64,000 nt of DNA from Pseudogymnoascus verrucosus. Its lineage: Eukaryota. Positions within the stretch are counted from its first letter, which is position 1. Every line of letters starts with the position of its first letter. The notes under the pieces were generated by a model that made no database searches, was not told the DNA's origin, and saw only the letters and a program-made list of their open reading frames with translations. The DNA lies in NCBI GenBank assembly GCA_001662655.1, contig KV460254.1; one strand, written 5' to 3'. A program made the translations under genes and the position numbers. Positions 24,805-36,078 of the stretch are shown here, one piece after another.

Positions 24805-26370
24805 TCATTGCGCCTTCTTTCCCTTCGCTGCCGGTGGAGCACTGTACAACCACAACCCCACGAAGATAATCCACCCAACAACTGTGACTGCAACACCCGA
24901 GATCCATGGCCATGCGGCGCTGATGACCCAACTGCGTGGCCATTCGTCGTGTGCAAAGTGGCGTACAGTGACGGTTGTCTTGTCCTCGATGTTAGAGAGG
25001 AAGGGGCGACGGAACTCGACCAGGAAGTTGAAGATTCCATGCTGATCTGGCAGCTTGAAGGTCGTGGTGAAGACGCTGGATGAAGGATTCGTCTGAGTGC
25101 GCTCCAGATTCAGTCGGTGGAAGGGCGAGAGCATAGAGAACTCGAGCTGAACATCGTCACCGGTGGCGGGTACGAAGGGGACATACTCCTTCCACGACCA
25201 TTCAGATAGCTCAATCGAGTAAGTCTAGGAGTAGTTAGTATATGATTCTCACTTTTGGCACAAAAAATCCACTTACAACAGTGTTCTTGACGCGGTAGAT
25301 CTTGGGGTTCGTCAACGAAGCATTGGGTGTTTTCAACCCCTCTTCGTTGAGGAAATGCGTAACAGACTCCACCTTCAGGACTCCAACCTCATTGAAAGTC
25401 CATCCGGAGATCTCCTTCGCAAATGCCTCATTCGCAGCCGCAGCAACCTTGCCGCCAGCAACTTGGACCTTCCCCTTGAACCACTTATCCTCCAGCATCT
25501 CCGCTGCGCCCAAGACAGTGAATCTCGCTGAGTTGCGAGCCTGCATGGTGGTCACGAGAGACAGTTGCTGGCCAACCGCGAACGGGTCCTCAACAGCCTC
25601 AACCTCCTCCTTGGGATTGTATGAGTATGCCGTGCCGGGGGCGCGAAGGACGGGAGTCAGGTACGGGCTATCGTTGCCTAGAGTCTGGCCCACGCCGTGG
25701 GGGAACGCGATGACCTCGTTCTTGAGGATGCCGCCGAAGAAGTTGCGAACACCGGGGCGCACAGCGCTTGGGCGGGGAACGAGAACGACATCGTGGGATT
25801 CGGGGGCAGAGAGGCTGTCGTAGTTGAAGTGGTCGACCACTATCGAGTTGCGGTCGGTGGGGAGGTGGATATCAAGCTCAAGTAGAAGTGATACGAGAGC
25901 TGATGGTGTCGGGTTGGATGAGGAGAGGGTGAGCAGGATGTTGCCCTCGGTATTGATGAACTTCAACAAAGTTTGGGGAGTGAGATTGGGTCCCAGGCCT
26001 ATTATAATTAGCACACAGCGGTCCAATGTCATTCAATGGGTGCTGACCTTTCGACTTGGATGGGAGGATGAGAAGGTGATCATAAGCTCTCTCGCCAAGC
26101 TCGAACAGCGCCAAACTATCACTCTTTGGCGATTCAAATGTAATATCAAAGCCCCGACCTACAATCACCCGAAAGTTAGCTGGAATCCAATTGTATCTGC
26201 CAGTTCTGTCTCCCAGCCGTGCGCTTACCTTTCAGGTCCCCAAAGAACTTAGAGTACTTCTCCTTCTCTGCAAGCTCCTCCAGTACCACCAGTAATCTGT
26301 TTCCACTGGTGCTAAGGGCACTGGCAATGCCTAGCAGCCCTAGAATGAGAAAAGACAGTAGCACCCTCAT
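24805..26370 (-). CDS. WBP1: oligosaccharyltransferase subunit Wbp1 (DDOST/OST48), multi-exon
   Basis: Signal peptide MRVLLSFLILGLL. Motifs YSKFFGDLK.RGF, MQARNSARFTVLG, FKLPDQHGIFNFLVEFRRP, RHFAHDEWPRSW. C-terminal TM followed by KKAQ dilysine ER signal. Confidence 0.95.
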
Positions 26371-26707
26371 TGTCGTCGTTGTCTGGTTGCGCAATCAGAG
26401 CACCGTCAATCAGTGAGCTTGGGGAAACGTATGCGACTCGTATGCCAAGACCCAGTACCAACAGGGGTGGCAGAGCTAAAATATATATCACGTGATGTCA
26501 CCAAATGCCCGAGCTTGGACATTCTTGCGGCTCCGTCAACGTCGTTCGAATAGTCAGGTTGTATCACGACGGCGTTCCTCCCCACTGATCCTCTCCAATT
26601 AGTCTGCGAACCTCTCAATCCAGGTGTGTATTACCCAGCTATAGCTGCACTATAGCTGCAGTTCCATTTATGCGTCGCAATTGCTGACCAGACTTGACGC
26701 AGACACG

Positions 26708-27048
26708 ATGTCGGTGCCGCGCTTCTTTTCGCAGCCCCTCAAGTACCTGCACTGGGCTTCCATCGAGAAACCCGCCATCTTCTACTCCATCATCGTTGGC
26801 AGCATTGGTCCCGTTCTTGTTCTCACAGTACCAAAGATCAGACACCGCTTGGGCGATGGGCCGAGACCCCCGATTCCCTCGACATATCCTAGTACGTTCC
26901 TTCACCCTTCAATACGCACATACGTGTGACAATGAACGCCGAGCGATTGGTGGCTGCGGCCTCGTTGAAATTTGAAGAATTCCGTGCTAATTGATTTGCT
27001 TTAGTTCCCGCGGGTCCAAGGAAACAACTGAGCGGCTACGATGATTAG
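26708..27048 (+). CDS. NADH:ubiquinone oxidoreductase 9.5 kDa accessory subunit (NI9M/NDUFA3-like)
   Basis: MSVPRFFSQPLKYLHWASIEKPAIFYSIIVGSIGP...PIPSTYP|IPAGPRKQLSGYDD*. Intron 26892-27004. Confidence 0.9.
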
Positions 27049-27800
27049 AGGCTTGGGGTTGTAGATATGGTGTTGGGGAATCCAAAGAGTGGTTGACAAG
27101 GGAACTGTTGTTTGTACATAAGGTTGGGAAAGCATACTTGGTGTGGAATTGAACTATTTCAGTTATGTTTTGCGCCTTCAGAATTGCTTCCAATGTTTTG
27201 GGGATGAAGTGACAAGGCGCTCCACTCGAAACAGTCCACCCACGGCAATTTCAACTATCACAATGGCTACAAATTAGCTACGGTCATTTTCCCTGCTATC
27301 AAGTAACCCGGTGTCAAGTTGCGAAGCTATTTGCTCAGTTGTTCAAATCGACCTTAGTATTTCAATCCACTCTTAAAATATTGAGCTCATGACCAAACAA
27401 GCACATATCTCTAGCTCTCCTCAATATTTCAGGGTATCACTGGTATGCTATTCTAATAGCTATATCTATATAGCTTTCATTCGCCCTGTTATCTGACAGC
27501 CTCAAGGGTGTAGAAATTGCGCACACTCGCTCGGATAGGACATACGGTGTCCGAGCTATCAGTGTGTGTCCAAAGGCGAGCTAAGCCTCGTGCCTCATGT
27601 TTCTCACTCGAGGTAGCCATATACCTCAGAGCGCCATATCCGGGACAATCATGAACCGATTCTTTTACCACAGGCACATCTTTGCCAGCAAACCCTAGTG
27701 CTGACGACTGTCCATGGCGAGCTTGTTTCTAGTAGGCTCCATGCCTCTGTGGCCAATTTAGCAGGTCTAACTTTCAGATCTCACGTAGTTCCAGGGTCAT

Positions 27801-28687
27801 TCAATCCAACTCAAACATTTTGCTGCGGTACCAGATGGTATCTGAGAAATCGTCTCTGGACTGAGGCGAATCGTCTTTGGACTGAGGAAAAGGGAAGAGG
27901 CTCTCAAGGCTTTCGTAACAAGTCAGGATATCCGGATATACCTTAATGAAATCCCTACGCACTGTGTTAGTGGCGACAGATATGAACACTCTCTCGAGAA
28001 CTTACTTCGATTCATCGGTTAGGCGTGAAAGGTCATTCCCAATAAGAACAGCTGGCGGGCCCTTCTTTCCAACTTCGTCATAGACGACTGGATAGCAGTG
28101 GATGGCGTATACCAACGAGCTGGAGTCGATGAGGTCAAATCCTTCGGGGCTCTCGAAAACTTTAAAGCCAAGAGACTGCAAAAATTCTTTATCGAGGAGA
28201 GAAAAGGCTGGATCTTGTGCTATCACGGGAATTTCCAATATCGCTGCCATTTGTCAGTATTATTCTCCTTAACCACCATCACGAAGAACCCACCTAAAGT
28301 TTTCCTAATCGTGGCCAACGCAGCCAACTGCGTAAAAGTAGTCCTCGAGAAATCCCCCATCCGCGTCTGAAACGACCCCAGTCCCATAATCACCACATTC
28401 TTGACCTGACTCTTCCCCTCATACGGCTGAACGAGCTTTATAAGCTCCTTGCAGGCGTTGCTCTCTTCCCATTTATCCTTTAGGCTCTCATATTTTGCCG
28501 TTACTTCTTCGAGGGTATAGATCACGACATCGAAGCCCCATTTCTTGATTTTTGCCTTAGTCGCGTCAGGCTTGATCGTTCGGCCGCCGACGACGTGGGC
28601 CCAGCCGTCTTCGTCTTCGATTATTGTGCGCTTCGTCCTGACGGCCTTGTTGGCGCGCTTGTTTTTCTTGGTCTTTGTAGCCGTCAT
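27801..28687 (-). CDS. SRR1/BER1-like protein, 3 exons
   Basis: EDEDGWAHV, VVIMGLGSF, AQDPAFSLLDKEFLQSLG, LVYAIHCY..VY, PAVLIGN, and last exon FPQ...DDFSDTIWY. Introns near 28292-28237 and 28005-27955. Confidence 0.8.
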
Positions 28688-29063
28688 CTTGTTAGGCGTA
28701 TGTTTGGGGCCGAAGAATGTAGGCTTATGGAAGCTTACGCTGCCCTCGGAATACTTATTAAAATATCGGTTCTCAGGCAACCGTCGTGGTCGCGAGAGGG
28801 TAATTTTTTGGCTGGCAGAAATGGGGGGTCACCGCTCCACCGCCTTCAAATCCCACGTGATAAATCGCCAATCGCGGGGGAAGTAGCATCGACGTTACAG
28901 TGCCTATACAACTTCATGATAGAGGTAGATTCCTTATTTTGTATCAAGCTAATCAAGCAGAAGAAGATTTCATGTCATCATAATTTCGGTTATTAATCTA
29001 ATTGTTTTGAACATGTCCCAGTTTCAACCCTTTCGCCCCCAACCCTAACCCAGTATTCGCCGT

Positions 29064-29909
29064 CTAATCCTCATGGTCCGTAGTCTTCACTATATCCGCC
29101 CATTCCTCCAACTCTTTAGCTTGCCTAGCCTGAACACCGGCAATTACTTTAACTGCATCGCTCCCAAGTGCCAACCTCAGGGGAAGCTTCTTCCCTGAAG
29201 CACGACCCGTGAGAGTCAATACCTCAATGATAACTGCCGCGCCCTTAACCGGATCACCAGGTTGGTTTCGATTGACCTTGACCAGCATATCCCTAACTGG
29301 GTCCATCATAGGCCTCAAATCGTCAATGACAGTTTTGCTCTGGATCTTCGCGTCCGAACCCAGGAAGTTCGTGCGGAAATACCCTGGATCGATCATCACG
29401 GCTTGGATACCTAGGTGAGCCTCCTCCTGGCGTAGTGCCTCAGTGATACCCACGAGAGCCATCTTGGATGCGCTGTAATATCCGTACCCAGCATCACTGT
29501 GCCATCCAGCAATAGACCCTAGGTTCGCAACGACCCCTTTCTTGGCCGCGCGCATGTATGGCAACACCGCACGAATTACGGCGGCATGGCCAAAAAAGTT
29601 TGTGCTGAATTGAGCGCGGATTTCGGCATCGCTTGCTTCCTCGACGGCTGCTTCTAAGATGTAGCCGGCATTGTTGATTAGATAGTCGATTGAGCCATAG
29701 GCGTCAATGGCATCTTTGGCGACCTTCTGGATCACGTCGTCGGGGGAGGTGATGTCGAGGGAGAGCGTCAGAGCGCCGAGTTTCTTGAGTTCACTGAGCT
29801 TTGATGCATTGCGAGCAGTGGCGACGACTTTATCACCGCGAGCGAGGGCTTGTCGAGCAATTTGGTCGCCGAAGCCTGACGAGCATCCGCTGATAAACCA
29901 AACAGCCAT
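29064..29909 (-). CDS. classical short-chain dehydrogenase/reductase (17beta-HSD-like)
   Basis: ISGCSSGFG nucleotide-binding motif, NNAG, catalytic YSASK, PGYFRT, QPGDP. Intronless, 281 aa. Confidence 0.93.
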   Translation of the reverse strand: MAVWFISGCSSGFGDQIARQALARGDKVVATARNASKLSELKKLGALTLSLDITSPDDVIQKVAKDAIDAYGSIDYLINNAGYILEAAVEEASDAEIRAQFSTNFFGHAAVIRAVLPYMRAAKKGVVANLGSIAGWHSDAGYGYYSASKMALVGITEALRQEEAHLGIQAVMIDPGYFRTNFLGSDAKIQSKTVIDDLRPMMDPVRDMLVKVNRNQPGDPVKGAAVIIEVLTLTGRASGKKLPLRLALGSDAVKVIAGVQARQAKELEEWADIVKTTDHED

Positions 29910-30668
29910 TGTAAGAGATGGGTGAAGTGGAGCTGTGCTGGTTTTTATAATGAAAGAGATGTGTATTTGAAGTTGTAGATATGAAATGTATCAGAAGTGT
30001 AGCTCTTGACGATATTCCGAGAATGAAACCATTATTGAAGACGAACAGACCTAACTATATATACCCGAGGTTTTCGAACTAGACCTTCGGAGAGAAGCAT
30101 ATCTCCTTGCATCTTGCATTAAAGTTCTTAGAACGATCGGTGTTAGCATCGGTATTACATCATACCCTGCATGAATGTTGTAAGGTTATTTTTCCCCGAC
30201 ACGCTTAAAGATGCTAAGAAACCGAGGGGTGGTTGCTGCAGGCGCTACTCCTATCGCCGGTGCGACTCGTCCATCAGCCATAACTCCGGTTAGCTCCACC
30301 AGAACCGAATAACGCTTAAAAATTATGCCTTGTATACAAGGCTGAATAAAATGCTGCCAGGATACACCCCTGCACGTGCCCTGGTGCCTTTTTGTTCTGG
30401 CTATCGTGGCTTAGTCATCCACAGCATCTAGACCGCCGCCTGGCACATCACAAGGCTGAGAGGAGAGGATGTCACTGCCCGCCTTCTCGTCCCCACAGAT
30501 CACAAGGTGCATGTTCCAAGCTGCTTCGCCACCACACCCTCATAGCTTGAGAGTTAAATGTCCTTGGTCCCTGCCATGATATAGAACCAGTCCCTCTTTT
30601 GCTTGTATATTTCTACCCAACTCCCTCTGCCCGCTCCCTTCGTCACCGCCCGAAACGGTTGCCCCGCG

Positions 30669-32027
30669 ATGTCTCAACCAGCACTGGACCTCTTCGTCCT
30701 CACCTACAACTGCGCCCACAACGCCATCGATGTGCCCAGTTTATCATCCACCCTCTTTAATGCGGTTGACCATGTGCCCGACCTCCTCATCATCTCCCTC
30801 CAGGAGATGAGCCCTCTCTCACACGGCCTAATCGGCGGCTCACTGCTCTCCCCTTTCTTCAGTCGCATATCCGAAGCTGTCGAGATCGCAGCGCGCAAGC
30901 TCTCCGGCGACTCCCCCGTTGCAGGCAGCAGCTCTAACTCGGAGCCGCGCATCTTCACAAATGTCGCGATCCGAAACATCGGGATGACGGGCATCATGGC
31001 GTTCTCCCGCGACGCGGCCGCGATACAAAATCTCCAGACAGGAGAGGTGGGGCTGGGTATCAGCTCTATGGGGAATAAAGGCGGTGTCGGGCTTCGCTTT
31101 ACGTATGCGGATGCGAAGAGTGGGGGGGAGACGGAGCTCACGTTCGTTGCGGCGCATTTGGCGGCTATGGAGTGGGATTGGGAGCGGAGGAACGAGGATT
31201 GGAAGAATATCGTTAGACGGCTAGTCTTCACCCCAGCGGATGGGGGTGAGGGGGGAAATGCGGCAAGGGCAAGAGTGGGTAGTGAGGAGGCGCCGCTGCT
31301 TGGGGAGGGCGAGAGCGCCAATGGGATATACAAGCCAACGAGCCACTTGTTCGTCGCCGGGGATCTGAATTATCGCACGAGCGATACGAAGCCCGGGCCT
31401 GACGACCACGAAGTCTCGTTTCCGCAACCCCATGACACCGTGGAGAGTCCACGACACTACTCCCACCTTTTCAAACATGACCAACTCACTCGGGAGCGAT
31501 TGGCTGGTAGGACTTTCCACGGCCTGAGCGAGGCACCTATCACCTTTCCCCCAACGTACAAGTTTGACGAGGGTCCATACTTGACTGCAGACGAGGATAC
31601 GAAGGCGTGGGCATGGGCATCTCACCGTTGGCCCAGCTGGACAGACCGGGTTCTCTTCCTCGAGGCCCCTAAATGGATGGAGCGAAAAGACGGCAATGCA
31701 AAGATTGAAGTGCAGAAGTACGAACCGCTACCACTGTTCAAAACTAGCGATCATCGCGCTGTGCTTCTGAGCGTCAAGGTGCCGTTGGTGAGTATTCCGG
31801 AGCCGGATGAGGATGAAGACTCAACTAGCTCGGATCCACGCATCAACCCGCCGTTTGAGATTGATCCGGACTGGAGCACGGCTCGGGCGATAGCAAGGAA
31901 GGAGGAGTTGTTTGTAGGCGTAACTGGCTACATTACTGGAACGTGGGAGGGCCGGTGTATCATTGGCGGGACGGTTGCTGCATTGGTGGCGGGTTATTTC
32001 TTACTTCTTGCTGCGTTTGGAAATTAA
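30669..32027 (+). CDS. inositol polyphosphate 5-phosphatase with C-terminal membrane anchor (Inp54-like)
   Basis: TYNC, SLQE, MGNKGGVGLR, AAHLAA, GDLNYR, FPPTYK, PSWTDRVL, SDHRAV. Hydrophobic C-terminal tail. Confidence 0.9.
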   Translation: MSQPALDLFVLTYNCAHNAIDVPSLSSTLFNAVDHVPDLLIISLQEMSPLSHGLIGGSLLSPFFSRISEAVEIAARKLSGDSPVAGSSSNSEPRIFTNVAIRNIGMTGIMAFSRDAAAIQNLQTGEVGLGISSMGNKGGVGLRFTYADAKSGGETELTFVAAHLAAMEWDWERRNEDWKNIVRRLVFTPADGGEGGNAARARVGSEEAPLLGEGESANGIYKPTSHLFVAGDLNYRTSDTKPGPDDHEVSFPQPHDTVESPRHYSHLFKHDQLTRERLAGRTFHGLSEAPITFPPTYKFDEGPYLTADEDTKAWAWASHRWPSWTDRVLFLEAPKWMERKDGNAKIEVQKYEPLPLFKTSDHRAVLLSVKVPLVSIPEPDEDEDSTSSDPRINPPFEIDPDWSTARAIARKEELFVGVTGYITGTWEGRCIIGGTVAALVAGYFLLLAAFGN

Positions 32028-32408
32028 TTGTCTTATAACGTAGACGTGAAGATTCACGAGAAGGGTGGTAATGAGGTATAGGTAATGTGCCAAGAAGATT
32101 GTTGACGGTGGTCGCTGGTATATTCTAGAAGGGAGATACCACTCAATTTTTGCCAATGGCGAGAGACATATAGGGGCTCAGTGGCATTGGCCATGGCAGC
32201 CCGTTGATATTATACAGTATCCATTATATTACGAGAATAAACGAATGTTGTTGATATGCCAATATTCGTCCATATTGCCAAATAGCCTCGATTTGCGGCT
32301 TTACCAAGACAAACTCACAAGGCCCGTTGCTGCATGCTCATTCGCAAATACCCTCTATTTATTTTTAACCATGTTTTATACCACTATATTCTTACATTAC
32401 CCCCCCAC

Positions 32409-35375
32409 CTATGAACTCAACCACCTCAAATCAATCTGCTTCCTCCTCACCATCGGCGCCACAAACCCCACCCCAACCGCCAACCCCACAACTGTACTCA
32501 CAAGCGCCACCTTATTAAACCCAGCCCCCAACACATCAAACGACAAACTCGGCATAATCCTCGTCCCAAACACATCAACCCCATACGCAAACACAACACT
32601 CGTACTCTCCAACAGCGCCGGCGCAACAATCACACCCCGCACCCCAACCACCTCGCGCTGGTGCGTCAGCACCCCGCGAGGATCAAAGTCAAGCTGCGGA
32701 ATATACACCATCAGGCCCTCTTCGGCTGCTGCCGCCGCGGCGGCCTTGCTGCTAATATCGATTGGGCGGCGCGCATCGAGGAGGTTGCGGGGGAGTCCGA
32801 TGATGGAGTTTGAACGCGGGAGCGTGGCCAGGATCTGGCGCGACGTGATGCCCTGGCGCGTCTGGGTGACGGTCATATGCGTGATAGGCTCGGGGATGAT
32901 GTAGGCCTGCGAGATGACGTGGGGGAGGGTGAATCCCTCTGGCGACTCTGCAGGGTGGAGGCTGGAGAAGTTGGCGGCGGAGCCGAGGGGCCCGCGGTCG
33001 TTGGCGAGCTCGGATTCGTAGAGCTCGGCGATGAGGAGCTGGTAGCCTTGTGCTTCGGGGAGGGCGGACTCGGAGGTGGATGCGCTGGGAGAGGCGAAGA
33101 AGGAGTAGGCGAACCAGTTCTCGCTCAGGGTGGCGGTGATGGGCTGGGCGGTGTCGACGTTGGCGTGCGTGGTGGAGTAGAGGAGCGTGCCGGAGATCGA
33201 GTCGAGGAGGTAGAATGATGCGGTTGATTTTGCCTCTGCCACGGTGCTGATCAGGATGATGTTTGGGTTCAGGTACTTGTACAGCACGCTGCGGTCAGCG
33301 AGAGCACGCCCGATGGAGGCGACAGGATCGTGCGGGGGCCTGGCATTGACAGAGATGATTTTTTCACCAGCGACGGGCTTGAAGGTCCAAGTGACGGTTG
33401 AGATTGCGTTGTCTCCCTTGAGGGTGAATTGGACGCCATTGACCTCGCCATTTGCGCCGCGGACAACAAGAGAGTCCTTTGGTGCATAATCCTTAGGAAT
33501 TGGTGGAGAGAGGCCTCCGGGTCCAATTGGAAGAAGCCACTTGCCCCAGGGGCTGTCTACCAGAGCGGTGCTTTGGATGTGCGATGGCTCGATAGGCGGT
33601 GATATATCAACGGTAGCTCCGCTAATGGTCATTATGATGATACACTCGCCTCCGCTTCCCATAATATTTGTAACGCCATTCTGGTTATCAACATAGATGC
33701 CCTTCACATCCCATTTCTCTCCAGCGGGGATCTCAAAGGCCTGGTGCGACCAGACGACAGCTCCCCTGGCGGCGGTATCAAGGCAATACACGCGTCCGCG
33801 CTCAGTTGCGACAATCACGAGTTTGCGGAATCCGAAGCCGTCTCTTGCCAACAAGCTTGTGGATACAGGGTTGGCGTCGCCGGGGAGGAGACTGGCGAGT
33901 ATCCGCTTCGGCAGCTGTTGCAAATGTCCAGGCAGATACTGGAGCTCGGTGACATGGCGAGCGAGTCTGTGGAAATAAGCTTGGAGCGGGTTGCTATGCG
34001 CCTCCACATCCAAAGCCTCGGCCAAGCTTTCCTCCTCTGGAATCTCTGCAAAGGCAGCGGCGACAGATCCGGAAAGTCCCTCAGCGCGCGCCCAGTCGGG
34101 CACTCCGTTGCGAATCATAATCCAGTTTTGGTTGGTAGTCAGGACAGCAGAGCGGACGGCGTAAGTATCAGCAGTCTTGCTGACAACCTCGGCAACACCG
34201 TAGGAAGCTCTGCCAGCGCCGGGCTCGGATGCCAGCGGGAACTTTTGGAGCACACCGTGGGAGTTCGATGACAGAATTGTAACCTCGTCGTCCGTGATCC
34301 GAGTGAAGAAGACATTTGCATCCCTGGAGCTTGTCGCAAACGAACCAGGACCAGCAAGCTTGGGGAGGTGATAACCCTCGTTCACAGTTGCAGCCGCGAT
34401 GTCCACATGGTACACATCAGCCCAATGGCTCGTCGCCGTCTGGCTGTGAACCAAGAAATGGGGCTTAGACTGGATCAAATGCGGCGCGTGAATGACGACC
34501 TTTGTCAGCTCCTCTGGAGTTTTGCTCAACGAGAGACTGTGAACCGCTTGTGTGCCAAGAATGTTGACCTTCAGGGTCTTCAGATCACGATCAGCCCATG
34601 CCACAATCGGCGCAGCAACGTTCGCACCGACGAAGAGCACATCCTCCCGGGTATGCACATCCACCTTGCTCGCCAAAGTATGCTCGTTCACCTTCTTCCC
34701 CGTAACCGGATCCAAGCTGGTGACCTTGATGTTATACCCACCCCACGCCCCATGCAGACTGATCACAAACACACTCTTCGTATCCGTGCTAACCTGCACC
34801 GGCACCGCCCCCTTCTCCCCCTCCACCTCCCACTTCACCGCCCCCGTATTCCCATCCAGGCGTCTAACCACCCCTCCCTTCACCCCCTCAAACAGCACCA
34901 GCGCATCCTTCTCCTCCCCCTCCGTGCCCAGGACCTCCACATCCCTCGCCTTGCCCACAAACTCATTCCCCCACACCTCCCTCCCCGTCACCGCATCCCA
35001 CGAATTCACATATCCCCCCAACGCACTAAGCACCCTCTTCTCGCCCTCCACACCACGAAGGTACCCATCCACCCTCCCCCCCGCCTCAAACTCATTCGTA
35101 CGATTCGCCTTCGCAGCCAGAAACTGGCGCCACACCAGCGCTCCCGTGCCGGGGTTGACGGCTCCCAGCACACCGAGGTCGCTGAGGGTGTAGAGGAGCG
35201 ACGCGGACTTGGGATCGGCGTGCGGGCGGTGGAAGAATGTCGTGCTGGGGAGGGGGAGGCCCAGGAGCGCGTGGTGGAAGTCGGTGGTGTAGGCTTCGTC
35301 GGCGAAGACGGCGGTGGTGGGGGGGAGGAGGGAGAGCGCGAGGGAGAGGAGGACTAGTGGTGATGAGGCGCGCAT
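32409..35375 (-). CDS. EMC1: ER membrane protein complex subunit 1
   Basis: Signal peptide, AVFADEAY..DFH, beta-propeller repeats, RDGFGFRKL, SVLYKYLNPN, ENWFAY, TRQGIT, LESTS.VFAYG.DVF, PS.SFDVL, C-terminal TM. Intronless, 988 aa. Confidence 0.95.
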   Translation of the reverse strand: MRASSPLVLLSLALSLLPPTTAVFADEAYTTDFHHALLGLPLPSTTFFHRPHADPKSASLLYTLSDLGVLGAVNPGTGALVWRQFLAAKANRTNEFEAGGRVDGYLRGVEGEKRVLSALGGYVNSWDAVTGREVWGNEFVGKARDVEVLGTEGEEKDALVLFEGVKGGVVRRLDGNTGAVKWEVEGEKGAVPVQVSTDTKSVFVISLHGAWGGYNIKVTSLDPVTGKKVNEHTLASKVDVHTREDVLFVGANVAAPIVAWADRDLKTLKVNILGTQAVHSLSLSKTPEELTKVVIHAPHLIQSKPHFLVHSQTATSHWADVYHVDIAAATVNEGYHLPKLAGPGSFATSSRDANVFFTRITDDEVTILSSNSHGVLQKFPLASEPGAGRASYGVAEVVSKTADTYAVRSAVLTTNQNWIMIRNGVPDWARAEGLSGSVAAAFAEIPEEESLAEALDVEAHSNPLQAYFHRLARHVTELQYLPGHLQQLPKRILASLLPGDANPVSTSLLARDGFGFRKLVIVATERGRVYCLDTAARGAVVWSHQAFEIPAGEKWDVKGIYVDNQNGVTNIMGSGGECIIIMTISGATVDISPPIEPSHIQSTALVDSPWGKWLLPIGPGGLSPPIPKDYAPKDSLVVRGANGEVNGVQFTLKGDNAISTVTWTFKPVAGEKIISVNARPPHDPVASIGRALADRSVLYKYLNPNIILISTVAEAKSTASFYLLDSISGTLLYSTTHANVDTAQPITATLSENWFAYSFFASPSASTSESALPEAQGYQLLIAELYESELANDRGPLGSAANFSSLHPAESPEGFTLPHVISQAYIIPEPITHMTVTQTRQGITSRQILATLPRSNSIIGLPRNLLDARRPIDISSKAAAAAAAEEGLMVYIPQLDFDPRGVLTHQREVVGVRGVIVAPALLESTSVVFAYGVDVFGTRIMPSLSFDVLGAGFNKVALVSTVVGLAVGVGFVAPMVRRKQIDLRWLSS

Positions 35376-36078
35376 TTTTGGTGAGTTGGTGAGGCGTGCT
35401 GCCTCTGCGTGGTTTGGGGAGCTGGAGAGCTTGGGGGGGAGCTGTGCATTGGAGATGATGTATGTCGTGAGGGTACGGCGGCCGGGAGGGGACGGTGGTG
35501 CGGTGACAGGGGTGACGTACTATGCTGGCTAAAAATCTAAAGGGGGACTGGAGGTGGCAGGTGTGATTACAGCAACTGTAATCAAAATAAAGGCTTTCAA
35601 TTACTAGAGGCTATTATTGTCACATTGGTTACTCAATAATACAAATAGGGGGACAGATATCATCAGCTTAAACTTTCCAAAAAAAAAATAGTGGTGTTCA
35701 TAGTCTCTATTATTCGTGCCATGTAATATTATAAATTTATAAATAATCTCCAACCACGACCAAGTAAATAAAGACTCATATAATGAAGAAGAATCCATCA
35801 TCCATTCCTATCTAATCACCAAATATAAACCGGGCCCCCCCTCATCCCGCATCATGAAGGCAACCAAAAGCCTCTATACTCAAAAAATTAACCCGCCTCC
35901 CCAACCCAAATCGGTAAAAAACACGAACTAAAACGCCGTGGTATCTACACATATGAATCTCCTCATGACATGATATCTGCATAAAACGCGTCCCTCTCTC
36001 ATCATCATCGCATGCCCCTCCGCATCACGACTATTTGTTGCATCCATCCCTCCTCTTGATATTCGAAGGCGACAAGCA

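Noticed and set aside
16101..29909. GNAT, transcription factor and SDR as a secondary-metabolite cluster
   Set aside because: No backbone synthase (PKS, NRPS, terpene or RiPP precursor), and the genes are interleaved with housekeeping genes.
34368..35357. Long antisense or alternate-frame ORFs over EMC1 (also over SPATA20, PLC, the CAP gene and Rgf3)
   Set aside because: Explained by GC-rich codon bias of the real genes; translations are low-complexity with no motifs.
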